From an uncultured Chitinophagaceae bacterium (GTDB lineage Bacteria; Bacteroidota; Bacteroidia; Chitinophagales; Chitinophagaceae): DNA of 64,000 bases. Positions 25,582 to 35,731 of the stretch are shown here, in pieces. Position 1 is the first letter of the stretch; each line of letters starts with the position of its first letter. Below the pieces are notes generated by a model, which had not been told where the DNA came from, ran no database searches, and was given only the letters and a program-made list of their open reading frames with translations. Location: NCBI GenBank assembly GCA_966674115.1, contig CBKWHA010000002.1, positions 5,399 to 69,398 of the forward strand. Reading direction: 5' to 3'. Both the position numbers and the translations under genes were made by a program.

Positions 25582-27309
25582 ATGGATGCAGTTATTCAAC
25601 AGAAAGTAGCAACCTGGCTCACTGGAAATTTTGATGAGGACGTAAAAAAGCAAATACAGGAATTACAAAAAAACAATACCGAGGAACTGGCGGATGCCTT
25701 TTATAGGAACCTGGAGTTCGGAACTGGCGGGCTTCGGGGCTTGATGGGCGTGGGTACCAACCGGATGAATAAATATACTGTTGGAATGGCCACTCAGGGC
25801 TATGCAAATTATTTAAAACAAAGCTTTCCTGGTGAGGAGATTAAAGTCGCCATTGCGCATGACAGCCGAAATAATAGCCGCTTTTTTGCAGAAACAACAG
25901 CAAAAGTTTTCGCTGCTAACGGAATTAAGGTCTTTTTGTTTGATGATATGCGCCCTACGCCGGAACTTTCTTTCGCCATCCGCCAGTTAGGTTGCAAAGG
26001 TGGCGTAGTTTGTACGGCTTCCCATAACCCAAAGGAATACAATGGTTATAAAGCTTATTGGGATGACGGCGGCCAGTTAGTTCCCCCGCATGATAAAAAT
26101 GTAATTGCAGAGGTAGAAAAAATTGCTGGTGTTGACGAAGTAAAATGGAGCGGCGGAGAAGAAAATATTAAACTGATCGGCAAAGAAATGGACGAAGCTT
26201 ACATCCGTATGGTGAAAAGCCTGAGTGTGTATCCGGAAGTAGTGGCAAAGGAGAAGGACCTAAAGATCGTTTATACGCCTATCCATGGAACCGGGATCAA
26301 ACTGGTACCGCAGTTAATGAAAGAGTATGGTTTTACCAATGTTTATATTGTAGAAGAGCAAAGTAACCCTGATGGTAATTTTCCTACGGTTGTTTACCCC
26401 AACCCGGAGGAAAGCGAAGCCATGAGCTACGCATTAAAGAAAGCACAGGAGATTGATGCTGATATTTTACTGGGTACTGACCCTGATAGCGACCGTGTGG
26501 GTATAGGCGTAAAAGATAATCGGGGTAAATGGGTACTGCTCAATGGTAACCAAACAGCCTTGCTTGCTTTTAATTATTTAATAGAAAGCCGCAAGGAAAA
26601 AGGTATCGCACAGCCCAATGATATGGTGGTAAAGACAATTGTAACTACCGATATGATCGATGTGTTTGCTGCCAAAAACGGTGTAAAATGTTATAATGTT
26701 TTAACCGGCTTTAAATGGATTGCAGAATTGATCAAGGAAATGGAGGGAAAAGAAAATTATATTATCGGTGGTGAAGAAAGCTATGGACTGCTGATTGGTT
26801 CTCATTTGCGGGATAAAGATGCCATTTCAGCTGTGGCAGTTCTTTGTGAGATGGCTGCTTATGAAAAATCGAAAGGTAGAAGCCTTTTTGAAAAACTGGT
26901 TCAACTGTACATAGAATATGGTTTTTATAAAGAACACCTGATCTCTATTACCAAAAAAGGTCGTGATGGTCAACAGCAAATTGCTGAAATGATGGAGCGC
27001 TTCAGAAAGAATCCGCCAACAACTTTGGCTGGTAGCAAAGTAGTTGAATTGCTGGATTATGAAAAAAGAGTAAAAACCAACCTGTTGACGCACAGTCAAT
27101 CACCAATAGAATTGCCAAAGTCAAATGTGTTGCAGTTTTTAACTGAAGATGGCAGCAAGATCAGCGCTCGTCCTTCCGGAACAGAGCCGAAGATTAAATT
27201 CTACTTCAGCGTGAATGCACCCCTGGATGCTGCAGAGAACTTCGAAAAAGTAGAAGCGCAATTAAATGAAAAGATAGACCTTATCATCAAAGAAATGGAA
27301 TTGAAATAA
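25582..27309 (+). CDS. Phospho-sugar mutase (alpha-phosphoglucomutase/phosphomannomutase family)
   Basis: Active-site TASHNPKEYNGYK, the metal loop GTDPDSDR and GGEESYG. Length 575 aa. Confidence 0.9.
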   Translation: MDAVIQQKVATWLTGNFDEDVKKQIQELQKNNTEELADAFYRNLEFGTGGLRGLMGVGTNRMNKYTVGMATQGYANYLKQSFPGEEIKVAIAHDSRNNSRFFAETTAKVFAANGIKVFLFDDMRPTPELSFAIRQLGCKGGVVCTASHNPKEYNGYKAYWDDGGQLVPPHDKNVIAEVEKIAGVDEVKWSGGEENIKLIGKEMDEAYIRMVKSLSVYPEVVAKEKDLKIVYTPIHGTGIKLVPQLMKEYGFTNVYIVEEQSNPDGNFPTVVYPNPEESEAMSYALKKAQEIDADILLGTDPDSDRVGIGVKDNRGKWVLLNGNQTALLAFNYLIESRKEKGIAQPNDMVVKTIVTTDMIDVFAAKNGVKCYNVLTGFKWIAELIKEMEGKENYIIGGEESYGLLIGSHLRDKDAISAVAVLCEMAAYEKSKGRSLFEKLVQLYIEYGFYKEHLISITKKGRDGQQQIAEMMERFRKNPPTTLAGSKVVELLDYEKRVKTNLLTHSQSPIELPKSNVLQFLTEDGSKISARPSGTEPKIKFYFSVNAPLDAAENFEKVEAQLNEKIDLIIKEMELK

Positions 27310-27348
27310 TCATTAAAAGTAATTTCATTTCTAATGGCTTATCATACG

Positions 27349-27374
27349 AAAGGGCACTCATGTGCCCTTTTCTC
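27349..27374 (+). terminator. Intrinsic terminator
   Basis: aaagggcac / gtgcccttt stem with a 4-nt loop, followed by tctc. Confidence 0.7.
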
Positions 27375-27425
27375 TTGTGGCGGATGGTCTTAAAAATGTA
27401 TGTGGATTAACTACAGACTCGTTTT

Positions 27426-27449
27426 TGATATTACAAATGATATTACAAA
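27426..27449. repeat. Perfect tandem 12-mer (tgatattacaaa x2)
   Basis: Read directly. It lies in a 295-nt spacer between convergent genes. Confidence 0.9.
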
Positions 27450-27604
27450 GAAACGTCAGGTGATTCAAAGGATGAGCCGCAAATCGGTGAAAGGTTCAAT
27501 TCAGGCGATAAATACCAAAAAATCACGCCTATCAGGGGTTTATTACTTCGTACCTCGTAATTCTAACTTGGAATAAGCCGAATAAATGAGCCTGTAAACG
27601 ATAC

Positions 27605-28237
27605 CTAGCCTTGTCTATTTTTAGTGTGGTACCTGAAAACTGCTTTTAATTTCAGGAAGGGTATCAGTTTAGGTACTTTCAATTTATATTGTTGATAACG
27701 CTCTCCGAATTCGGCTTCTAACTTTTGTTCTTCCCACCTGATGCCTATTATTGTATAAATAGTTATAATAAGATTGGTAATGAGAAGTGAAAGAAGAGGG
27801 AACAACAACCAAAGACCCCAAATAAATAAAAATGTACCTGCATAGAGCGGATGTCTAAGGTATTTGTGAATGCCGGTGATTATTAATTCATTGGAAGGAT
27901 TTTCATTGAGAAAAAGACTTTTGATGCCACTCAACCGGGTAAAATATTTACGAATACAAATAAACATAACTGTAAGGCCTCCCAAACCAATAACACTACC
28001 CGATATGTTAGATAATAGCGTCTTTTTATAAAGAAAAACAGAGGGTGTGTTCAATAAAAAAAGTAAGATCGATACAAGACTGATAAATGCAAACAAAGAA
28101 TAATAAAGTCTGTAAAATTTAAACTGCTGCCTTAGCAAACGCTCTGCTATTTTTTTAACTTTCGGGCTGGCAAGAAGGCTATGCAGAGCGCAAAAACCCA
28201 GCCATAAAAATCCTAGTATGATATGCATTTTGACCAC
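27605..28237 (-). CDS. Membrane methyltransferase family protein (ICMT/PEMT-like)
   Basis: Polytopic. ...GIHKYLRHPLYAGTFLFIWG...WEEQKLEAEFGERYQQY matches the isoprenylcysteine carboxyl methyltransferase-type C-terminus. Confidence 0.75.
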   Translation of the reverse strand: MVKMHIILGFLWLGFCALHSLLASPKVKKIAERLLRQQFKFYRLYYSLFAFISLVSILLFLLNTPSVFLYKKTLLSNISGSVIGLGGLTVMFICIRKYFTRLSGIKSLFLNENPSNELIITGIHKYLRHPLYAGTFLFIWGLWLLFPLLSLLITNLIITIYTIIGIRWEEQKLEAEFGERYQQYKLKVPKLIPFLKLKAVFRYHTKNRQG

Positions 28238-28341
28238 ACTTAAATGTATCGATTTATTATTTAAACCTTTGCGAATTGCCTTTCTTTTGGTTTCAAATAG
28301 GCTATTAAATCAAACATTGATTGGCAAGTTTGTTGTGACGT

Positions 28342-28349
28342 TATATTTG
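28342..28349 (+). promoter_or_regulatory. Candidate -7 box (TAnnTTTG) for pcm
   Basis: TATATTTG lies 5 nt upstream of the ATG at 28354. Confidence 0.3.
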
Positions 28350-28353
28350 CGCC

Positions 28354-29010
28354 ATGAGAAATAATGATGACACATACCGGCACAAGGGACTGCGCAGAAA
28401 GCTGGTAGAATCGATCAGAGAAAAAGGGATAACTAACGAAAAAGTACTCGCCGCAATTGAAAATGTTCCACGACACTTCTTTTTGGATTCCGCTTTTGAT
28501 GAGGTTGCTTATGAGGATAGGGCCTTCCCGATAGCTGTTGGCCAAACCATTTCACAACCGTACACTGTGGCTTACCAGACTCAGCTTCTGGAGTTAAAAC
28601 CATTTGATAAAGTACTTGAAATTGGAACCGGTAGTGCTTACCAGGCAAGTGTATTGGCTGAAATGGGTGTTCAGGTATTTACAATTGAAAGACAAAAAAA
28701 ACTTTTTGAACAAAACAAACGTTTTACGTATTTAAGAAAATACCCGAATATTAAATTCTTTTATGGGGACGGCTATGAAGGCTTGCCAACCTATGCTCCA
28801 TTTGATAAAATATTGATAACTGCTGCAGCTCCTGTAATTCCTCAAAAGCTTTTGCAGCAATTGAAACCCGGAGGTATGATGGTGATTCCTGTGGGAACAG
28901 GCGATTTTCAGGTAATGAAAAGAATCATAAAGCAGCCCGATGGAAGTTTTACAGAGGAGAATTTCGACCTTTTCAGCTTTGTTCCCATGTTAGGTGGTAA
29001 GAACGATTAA
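28354..29010 (+). CDS. pcm: Protein-L-isoaspartate O-methyltransferase
   Basis: ...VPRHFF...AYEDRAFPI..GQTISQPYTVA... and the SAM motif VLEIGTGSAYQ. Confidence 0.9.
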   Translation: MRNNDDTYRHKGLRRKLVESIREKGITNEKVLAAIENVPRHFFLDSAFDEVAYEDRAFPIAVGQTISQPYTVAYQTQLLELKPFDKVLEIGTGSAYQASVLAEMGVQVFTIERQKKLFEQNKRFTYLRKYPNIKFFYGDGYEGLPTYAPFDKILITAAAPVIPQKLLQQLKPGGMMVIPVGTGDFQVMKRIIKQPDGSFTEENFDLFSFVPMLGGKND

Positions 29011-29159
29011 ATAATTCTCTCTGTTTAACCGGTTTAGAAAGAGATTTACACAAACATTCTTCTTAACTTAGAAAAGTTCTTTAATTCTTAGCTTAACTAA
29101 AATCTCATCTTCAAAGCTGTTTGTTAAATCTTAGCTTTGAGGATGAGTTGCTCTTGCTT

Positions 29160-31604
29160 ATGCGCATCCTACCATTCGTTACATCTGCTATAATCACAAT
29201 TGCTTTAATTTTTTTCTTAAATAACAAATGGGGAGCTATACCTCCTTTGGGTAAATTTTTAAGCCCTCAACATGGCTTTTGGCAAAATGCGGAGGCCTGC
29301 GACTTCGATTATAATGAACAACTGTCATTTAATGGCTTGAAAGGAAAGGCGAGTGTTTATTTGGATCAGCGCCTCGTGCCGCACGTATTTGCTGAACATG
29401 ATGAAGATGTTTACTTTATTCAGGGCTATCTGCATGCTAAGTTCCGATTGTGGCAAATGGAATTTCAAACAATGGCTGCCGCTGGCAGGATAAGTGAGAT
29501 CCTGGGAAATGATGAACGCTTTATTCACTTCGACCGGGAGCAGCGCCGTCTGGGAATGACTTATGCCGCTGGTAATGCTTTAAAGGAAATGGAAAAGGAT
29601 CGGCAATCGAGGCAATTTTTTGATGCCTATTCATCTGGAGTAAATACATATATAGCCACATTAACAGAAAAGGAACTGCCCATTGAATATAAATTGTTGG
29701 ATTATAAGCCGGAGCAATGGAACAATAAAAAAATTGCTTTGTTTTTAAAGCAAATGAGTAAAACACTGGCCGGATTTGATAGGGATTTCGAGTTTACCAA
29801 CCTTCAGACGGTATTTACCGAACAGGAAATGCGTATCCTTTTTCCTCAGATTAACGATTCTTTGATCCCCATCATACCCAAAGGAACAACCTTTGCACCT
29901 CCATCCGTAGTTCCGGTGAAACCGGCTTCTGCTGACTCGTTATATCTTAATAATGATTCAACTGTTAAGGCAAAAGAAGTTTTTAAGCCAAAGAGAATAA
30001 ACGGGAGTAATAACTGGGCTGTAAGTGGTAAAAAAACCAAAAGCGGTGCTCCTATTTTATGCAATGATCCGCATCTGGACCTGACTTTTCCTTCCATTTG
30101 GTACGAAATGCAGTTAACAACACCAACTATGAATGTTTATGGGGCTACTTTTCCTGGATCTCCCAGCGTGATCATTGGTTTTAATGACAGCATTGCATTT
30201 GGCTTTACGAACGCCCAAAGGGATGTTAAGGATTATTACCGTATTCGTTTTAAGGATGCTTCCAGGAAAGAATATTGGTTCGACAGCAGTTGGAGGCAAA
30301 CCGAGATTAAAATTGAAGAAATAAAGGTAAGGGGAGAGGCATCTGTTTTCGACACAGTTGCATATTCCGTGTTTGGTCCTGTGATGTACGACGAAAGCTT
30401 TGGCGCTGAAATTACTGCTAAAAATTCCATTGCGCTCCGCTGGTCAGCACATGATCCTTCCAATGAAGGCGCAGTGTGGTTCTTGCTGAACAGGGCAAAG
30501 AATTATAATGATTATGTAAGAGCCTTAAAATTATTCAATTGTCCAGGCCAGAATATCATTTTTGCCTCTAAAAGTGGTGATATTGCTATCTGGCAGCAGG
30601 GAAAGTTTCCTGCGCGGTGGGGCAGGCAGGGTTTATACATTATGCCAGGAGAAGATTCTTCCTACATGTGGCAGGGTTTTATTCCGCAATATGAAAACCC
30701 TCATATCATAAATCCGGCTGAAGGTTTTATCCAAAGTGCCAACCAAAGGCCCGTAGATTCTCTCTATCCTTACTTTATACCTGGCAACTATATCACATCG
30801 CGCGGCATTACTTTATTCGATAAGCTGAATCAGATGCAGCAGGTTACACCACGGAAAATGATGGTACTGCAAAACGACTATTACAGCAGTCTGGCTGCTG
30901 ATGCTGTGCCATTACTTTTAAAGTATATTAACCAGCACAATTTGAGCCAGGTGGAGAAAATCTACCTGAATGAGATCTCCAAATGGAATTTTATGGCTGC
31001 GCCGGAATCTATGGCAACAACCATTTACCAAACGTGGATGGATAGCCTGGAAATGGTGATCTGGGGCGATGAATTGGAACAATTTGGACAGCAGGTGGCA
31101 ATTCCAGACGAGATCACAACGGTAGAAATCTTATTGCGGGATTCTGCATCAAAATATATCGATGACCAAAATACAACTGTAAAAGAAACGCTGGATGTAC
31201 AAGTTGCCAAAGCATTTCAATTGGCAGTAAATGGATTGAGCAAAGAAGAAAGTAAAACAGACCTGCTCTGGTGGAAACATAAAAATCCAACAATTTATCA
31301 TCTGATGGGCGGAGCCGTACTGCCTTTTGCCCGCACTGGTATCAAGATCGGTGGGTGGAGCAATACTTTAAATGCTATGACGAATACCCATGGTCCGAGT
31401 TGGAGAATGATTGTTCATTTGACCACACCAACCGAGGCTTATGGTATTTATCCGGGTGGGCAAAGTGGCAACCCAGGCAGTCGGTATTACGACAACTTTG
31501 TTGATTTATGGGCAACAGGAAAATATTTCCCACTCTGGATGATGAAAGAAAGTGAAAACACAGATAATCGTATTAAGTGGAAAATGACCTTTTTCAAAGC
31601 ATGA
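29160..31604 (+). CDS. Penicillin acylase family Ntn hydrolase (possible acyl-homoserine-lactone / beta-lactam acylase)
   Basis: The N-terminal TM/signal is followed by the nucleophile region INGSNNWAVSGKKTKSGAPILCNDPHL. Size and layout fit the PvdQ/QuiP/AiiD family. I prefer the ATG at 29160 over the TTG at 29121. Confidence 0.85.
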   Translation: MRILPFVTSAIITIALIFFLNNKWGAIPPLGKFLSPQHGFWQNAEACDFDYNEQLSFNGLKGKASVYLDQRLVPHVFAEHDEDVYFIQGYLHAKFRLWQMEFQTMAAAGRISEILGNDERFIHFDREQRRLGMTYAAGNALKEMEKDRQSRQFFDAYSSGVNTYIATLTEKELPIEYKLLDYKPEQWNNKKIALFLKQMSKTLAGFDRDFEFTNLQTVFTEQEMRILFPQINDSLIPIIPKGTTFAPPSVVPVKPASADSLYLNNDSTVKAKEVFKPKRINGSNNWAVSGKKTKSGAPILCNDPHLDLTFPSIWYEMQLTTPTMNVYGATFPGSPSVIIGFNDSIAFGFTNAQRDVKDYYRIRFKDASRKEYWFDSSWRQTEIKIEEIKVRGEASVFDTVAYSVFGPVMYDESFGAEITAKNSIALRWSAHDPSNEGAVWFLLNRAKNYNDYVRALKLFNCPGQNIIFASKSGDIAIWQQGKFPARWGRQGLYIMPGEDSSYMWQGFIPQYENPHIINPAEGFIQSANQRPVDSLYPYFIPGNYITSRGITLFDKLNQMQQVTPRKMMVLQNDYYSSLAADAVPLLLKYINQHNLSQVEKIYLNEISKWNFMAAPESMATTIYQTWMDSLEMVIWGDELEQFGQQVAIPDEITTVEILLRDSASKYIDDQNTTVKETLDVQVAKAFQLAVNGLSKEESKTDLLWWKHKNPTIYHLMGGAVLPFARTGIKIGGWSNTLNAMTNTHGPSWRMIVHLTTPTEAYGIYPGGQSGNPGSRYYDNFVDLWATGKYFPLWMMKESENTDNRIKWKMTFFKA

Positions 31605-31618
31605 TCAAATAACTTTTA

Positions 31619-31972
31619 ATGAAAATAATTGTATCCATTCTTTTGACAGCACTCCTTAGTTTCATTGCAGGCATTTATTTGCCTTGGTGGAGTGTCGCTG
31701 TTGTTGCATTTTTAGTAGGTCTGCTTATACAGCAATCTATCCTGCGTAGCTTTTTATCAGGCTTTTTCGCCATATTCATATTATGGTTAGTCCTGGCTCT
31801 TTGGATTGATGTAAAGAACAATAGTATCTTATCGCAAAGAATTGCCCAACTATTCTCATTGGGCTCACCTGTTCTATTAATAATCGTTACAGCTTTCATC
31901 GGTGCTTTGGTTGGAGGTTTCTCCGCAATGAGTGGCAGCACCTTACTGATGAAAAAAAGAGATAATCAATAA
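31619..31972 (+). CDS. Small integral membrane protein (4 predicted TM), unknown function
   Basis: Hydrophobic 117-aa ORF that starts 15 nt after the acylase stop. Confidence 0.6.
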   Translation: MKIIVSILLTALLSFIAGIYLPWWSVAVVAFLVGLLIQQSILRSFLSGFFAIFILWLVLALWIDVKNNSILSQRIAQLFSLGSPVLLIIVTAFIGALVGGFSAMSGSTLLMKKRDNQ

Positions 31973-32035
31973 ACAATATTGTAGTGTTTCTATACCTTTG
32001 GCGCAACTAACCCTTTTTTATAAATTATTAATATC

Positions 32036-32389
32036 ATGGCATTTGCTTCTTCTACCTTGCAACCTGCAAATAATGTGACAAAACCTGGGAATAATGTAAC
32101 TGGAACTGAAACTGTAGCAGTAGCTTCTGTATTGAGTGCACTTGTTTTAACAGTTTATGCCGGGCAAAAAAGCCGCAAGCAATTAAGGAAGCTGAAACGT
32201 AAAATGACTTGGTTGTTGATTAAGCAAAAATTCAATTCTTTGTTTCCTGCTCAAAATATCTCTGACAGGCAATTGATCATTTACATTCTGTTGGGGATAA
32301 TTGCACTTGTGCTTTTATTTACTTACCCTGTTGCAGCCCTCGTATTGGCAATAATTGCTTTGATATTACTATTAACAGGTACTATTTAA
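32036..32389 (+). CDS. Hypothetical membrane protein
   Basis: Two hydrophobic segments flank a Lys/Arg-rich loop. I recognise no family. Confidence 0.5.
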   Translation: MAFASSTLQPANNVTKPGNNVTGTETVAVASVLSALVLTVYAGQKSRKQLRKLKRKMTWLLIKQKFNSLFPAQNISDRQLIIYILLGIIALVLLFTYPVAALVLAIIALILLLTGTI

Positions 32390-32451
32390 TAAGCTGTCCA
32401 ACTTACTGCTAAACATTAGTAATAAAGAATAGCTTAAAACTGATAAATAAG

Positions 32452-32943
32452 ATGAAGAAAGTTTTGTTCCTTTTTGGAATAGTTAGCCTCTTTTCAGGTT
32501 GCTTGAAAAACACCGACTCTGAACGCACTTGTACCTATGACCCATGTGCCGTAAAAGCCCCGTCAACCCAAGTTCAGGCATTAAAAGATACGTTAGCCTC
32601 TCGCGGAATCACAGGCGCAACAGAACATTGCAGCGGTTTGTTTTATATAATTGACAATCCTGGCACAGGTGGCTCACCAAATGCATGTTCAAATGTTACG
32701 GTTAAGTACAAAGGAATGTTTCCAAACGGAACTGTATTTGATGAAACAGACTCTGGCGAGACAATAACGTGGCCACTTTCTGGCTTTATCCAAGGATGGT
32801 TAAATGGTATTCCTTTGATTAAGACTGGCGGCAAAATCCGTCTCTTCATCCCTCCTTATTTGGCTTACGGGGATAGTCCAAATGGGACGATTCCAGCCAA
32901 TTCAATTTTATTCTTTGAAGTAGAACTGGTTGCTGTTCAATAA
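32452..32943 (+). CDS. FKBP-type peptidyl-prolyl cis-trans isomerase lipoprotein
   Basis: Lipobox LFSGC, then ...VTVKYKGMFPNGTVFDET...GFIQGW...GGKIRLFIPPYLAYG...IPANSILFFEVELV. Confidence 0.85.
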   Translation: MKKVLFLFGIVSLFSGCLKNTDSERTCTYDPCAVKAPSTQVQALKDTLASRGITGATEHCSGLFYIIDNPGTGGSPNACSNVTVKYKGMFPNGTVFDETDSGETITWPLSGFIQGWLNGIPLIKTGGKIRLFIPPYLAYGDSPNGTIPANSILFFEVELVAVQ

Positions 32944-32998
32944 TTATTAATGTTCCCAATCCATATTACCTGTTTTAAATTTGTAAAAACAGGAGCTT

Positions 32999-34420
32999 TT
33001 GGCACACGAAGCAATTTCGGTATTCGACATTTTCAAGATCGGAATTGGACCTTCCAGTTCACACACCTTAGGTCCATGGCGAGCAGCTCTGCGTTTTGTA
33101 GATGCGCTGAAACAAAAGACTGCATTATCCAACGTTTCTGAAATTCAGGTCTTATTATATGGTTCATTAGCCAAAACAGGTAAAGGGCATGGAACGGATA
33201 TTGCTGTACAGCTTGGACTTTGTGGAGATGATCCCGTAACGTTTGATACCGATCAAATCACAACTAAGATCACCCGGATCGCTTCAAGACGAAAACTGAA
33301 GTTAGGTGATCAGGAAATTGACTTTAGTCCTGAAGTAGATATCCAATTCCTTTTTACTGAATCACTCCCTTTTCACCCCAATGCATTGACCTTCCTGGCA
33401 AAATTCAAGAATGACGAAACTCTCGCAGAGACATTTTATTCAATAGGTGGTGGATTTGTGATCAAGGAAGGAGAGGAGCGTGTAAAATCCTCGGTTTCTC
33501 TTCCTTTTCCAATAAATACAGCTTCCGACTTATTGCATTGGTGCATCAAAACAGGGCTTTCAATAAGCGAGGTGGTGCTGGAAAATGAAGCCGCCTGGCG
33601 TAACGAAAAAGAAACCAGGGAAGGGGTGTTGAACATTTTTAGGGTGATGAAAGAATGTACTTACCGGGGCTGTCATACGGAAGGTGTATTACCTGGTGGA
33701 CTTAATGTAAAAAGAAGAGCGGCGGACTTGAACAAAAAATTACTCCTAAATAAAACCTACAACAACATTGATGAGTGGTTAGCAGCAATCCGGAATGGGG
33801 GCAACTTATTCCAATATATTCTAGACTGGGTAAGCTGCTTTGCGCTGGCAGTAAATGAAGAGAATGCTTCTTTTGGCAGGGTGGTGACGGCTCCGACTAA
33901 CGGAGCGGCAGGTGTAGTTCCTGCCGTATTACTTTACTATTTAATTTTTCATGAAAATGTCTCTGAGGACAAAATAATCCAGTTCCTGCTTACTGCTTCT
34001 GAGATAGGCAGTATTTTTAAAAAAGGAGCAACCATTTCTGCAGCCATGGGTGGTTGCCAGGCAGAAATAGGTGTTTCTTCATCTATGGCGGCTGCAGCGT
34101 TAACGGAAGCCCTGGGTGGCACCCAAAGGCAGGCCATGATGGCCGCTGAGATTGCTATGGAACATCATTTAGGTATGACTTGCGATCCTATAGCTGGTTT
34201 GGTGCAGGTGCCTTGTATCGAACGGAATACCATGGGGGCAATAAAGGCAATCACTGCTTCACAATTAGCATTGCAAAGTGCTCCTGATTATGCAAAAGTT
34301 TCCCTGGATGCTGTGATAGAAACGATGTGGGAAACCGCCCTGGATATGAATAGTAAGTATAAGGAAACTTCAGAAGGTGGTCTTGCTGTAAATATCCCGC
34401 TTAGTCTTAGTGAATGTTAA
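32999..34420 (+). CDS. sdaA: L-serine ammonia-lyase (iron-sulfur-dependent, single-chain)
   Basis: [22 protein letters not shown], ...TAPTNGAAG..., ...GGCQAEIG... and ...[17 protein letters not shown]. Apparent TTG start. Confidence 0.9.
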   Translation: MAHEAISVFDIFKIGIGPSSSHTLGPWRAALRFVDALKQKTALSNVSEIQVLLYGSLAKTGKGHGTDIAVQLGLCGDDPVTFDTDQITTKITRIASRRKLKLGDQEIDFSPEVDIQFLFTESLPFHPNALTFLAKFKNDETLAETFYSIGGGFVIKEGEERVKSSVSLPFPINTASDLLHWCIKTGLSISEVVLENEAAWRNEKETREGVLNIFRVMKECTYRGCHTEGVLPGGLNVKRRAADLNKKLLLNKTYNNIDEWLAAIRNGGNLFQYILDWVSCFALAVNEENASFGRVVTAPTNGAAGVVPAVLLYYLIFHENVSEDKIIQFLLTASEIGSIFKKGATISAAMGGCQAEIGVSSSMAAAALTEALGGTQRQAMMAAEIAMEHHLGMTCDPIAGLVQVPCIERNTMGAIKAITASQLALQSAPDYAKVSLDAVIETMWETALDMNSKYKETSEGGLAVNIPLSLSEC

Positions 34421-34427
34421 GTCAAAT

Positions 34428-34459
34428 AAAAAAGCTGGCGTACAACTGCCAGCTTTTTT
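34428..34459. terminator. Bidirectional intrinsic terminator (sdaA / ald)
   Basis: 12-bp stem aaaaaagctggc / gccagctttttt with an 8-nt loop. Confidence 0.8.
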
Positions 34460-34478
34460 CAGTTCGAAAAAGGTCAAT

Positions 34479-35612
34479 TTAAATGATATAATTATAAATT
34501 CCCAAAACAGAAGAAATATCCGCATGCTCCAGGTTCTGTGCATCCGCCACCGCTTTGTAAGTAATATTTCCGTCGTAAGCGTTAACGCCCTTCAGCAATG
34601 CTTCATTTTCCGAAACAGCCTGTTTGAATCCTTTATTGGCTATCTGCAAAGCATAAGGAACCGTTACATTAGTTAAGGCAATTGTTGAGGTGCGGGGTAC
34701 AGCTCCGGGCATGTTGACTACAGCATAGTGAACCACATCATGCTTTACATATATAGGATCACTGTGGTAGGTAAAATGATCAGCCGTTTCAATGCTACCA
34801 CCTTGGTCAATGGCAATATCCACCACAACTGAACCTGGCTCCATTGATTTGATCATCTCTTCCGTAACCAGTTTCGGGGCTTTCGCACCCGGAATCAAAA
34901 CAGAGCTGATTACAAGATCTGAATTCTTAACAGCTAAAGCAATATTATATGGGTTAGACATTAAGGTTGATACCTGATTGCCAAAAATATCATCCAGTTC
35001 ACGTAAGCGGTCAGGATTTAAATCAATAATGGTTACATCAGCACCTAGGCCAACAGCAATTTTTGCAGCATTGGTTCCTGCCACACCTCCACCAATAATA
35101 GTTACATTACCCCGCTTAACACCAGGTACCCCACCTAGTAAAATACCTTTGCCACCTTCTGGCTTTTGTAGATACTGGGCACCAACTTGTGTAGACATGC
35201 GACCTGCAACTTCACTCATAGGTGTCAGTAACGGAAGGCTGCCATTGGGTAATTGCACAGTTTCATAAGCAATAGCGGTTACCCTTTTGGAAATGAGCTC
35301 CTGGGTGAGCTCAGATTCAGCAGCCAGGTGCAGATAGGTAAATAAGATAAGGTCTTCGCGGAAAAAGGGAAATTCTTTTTTTAAAGGCTCTTTTACCTTC
35401 ATTACCATATCCATTGACCAGGCTTCTTCAGCCGTTTCTACAATGTTGGCGCCAGCTTGTACATATTCTTCATCCCGGAAGGACGAACCAAGTCCGGCCC
35501 CTTTTTGAATATAAACTTCATGTCCGGAGCGTACAAGGGTGAATGCTCCAGCGGGCGTCATTGCCACGCGATTTTCATCTTTTTTGATTTCTGTAGGTAC
35601 TCCAATGCGCAT
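34479..35612 (-). CDS. ald: Alanine dehydrogenase
   Basis: [22 protein letters not shown], the Rossmann motif [12 protein letters not shown] and ...VDIAIDQGG. Confidence 0.95.
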   Translation of the reverse strand: MRIGVPTEIKKDENRVAMTPAGAFTLVRSGHEVYIQKGAGLGSSFRDEEYVQAGANIVETAEEAWSMDMVMKVKEPLKKEFPFFREDLILFTYLHLAAESELTQELISKRVTAIAYETVQLPNGSLPLLTPMSEVAGRMSTQVGAQYLQKPEGGKGILLGGVPGVKRGNVTIIGGGVAGTNAAKIAVGLGADVTIIDLNPDRLRELDDIFGNQVSTLMSNPYNIALAVKNSDLVISSVLIPGAKAPKLVTEEMIKSMEPGSVVVDIAIDQGGSIETADHFTYHSDPIYVKHDVVHYAVVNMPGAVPRTSTIALTNVTVPYALQIANKGFKQAVSENEALLKGVNAYDGNITYKAVADAQNLEHADISSVLGIYNYII

Positions 35613-35731
35613 AAAAAAATTACACTTTTATGTATTCTATACTAAAGCGTAAAAGATAGCTACTTTTTCTATACAGGATATATCTTTTCTTCAAAGAATT
35701 GAAAATAAAGAAAATTTTGCCTGAAAATAGG

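Noticed and set aside
28261-28545. 94-aa minus-strand ORF overlapping the start of pcm
   Set aside because: It overlaps the well-supported pcm CDS and its promoter box. It has no motif.
34410-34676. 88-aa plus-strand ORF after sdaA
   Set aside because: It spans the bidirectional terminator and runs antisense into ald. It has no family resemblance.
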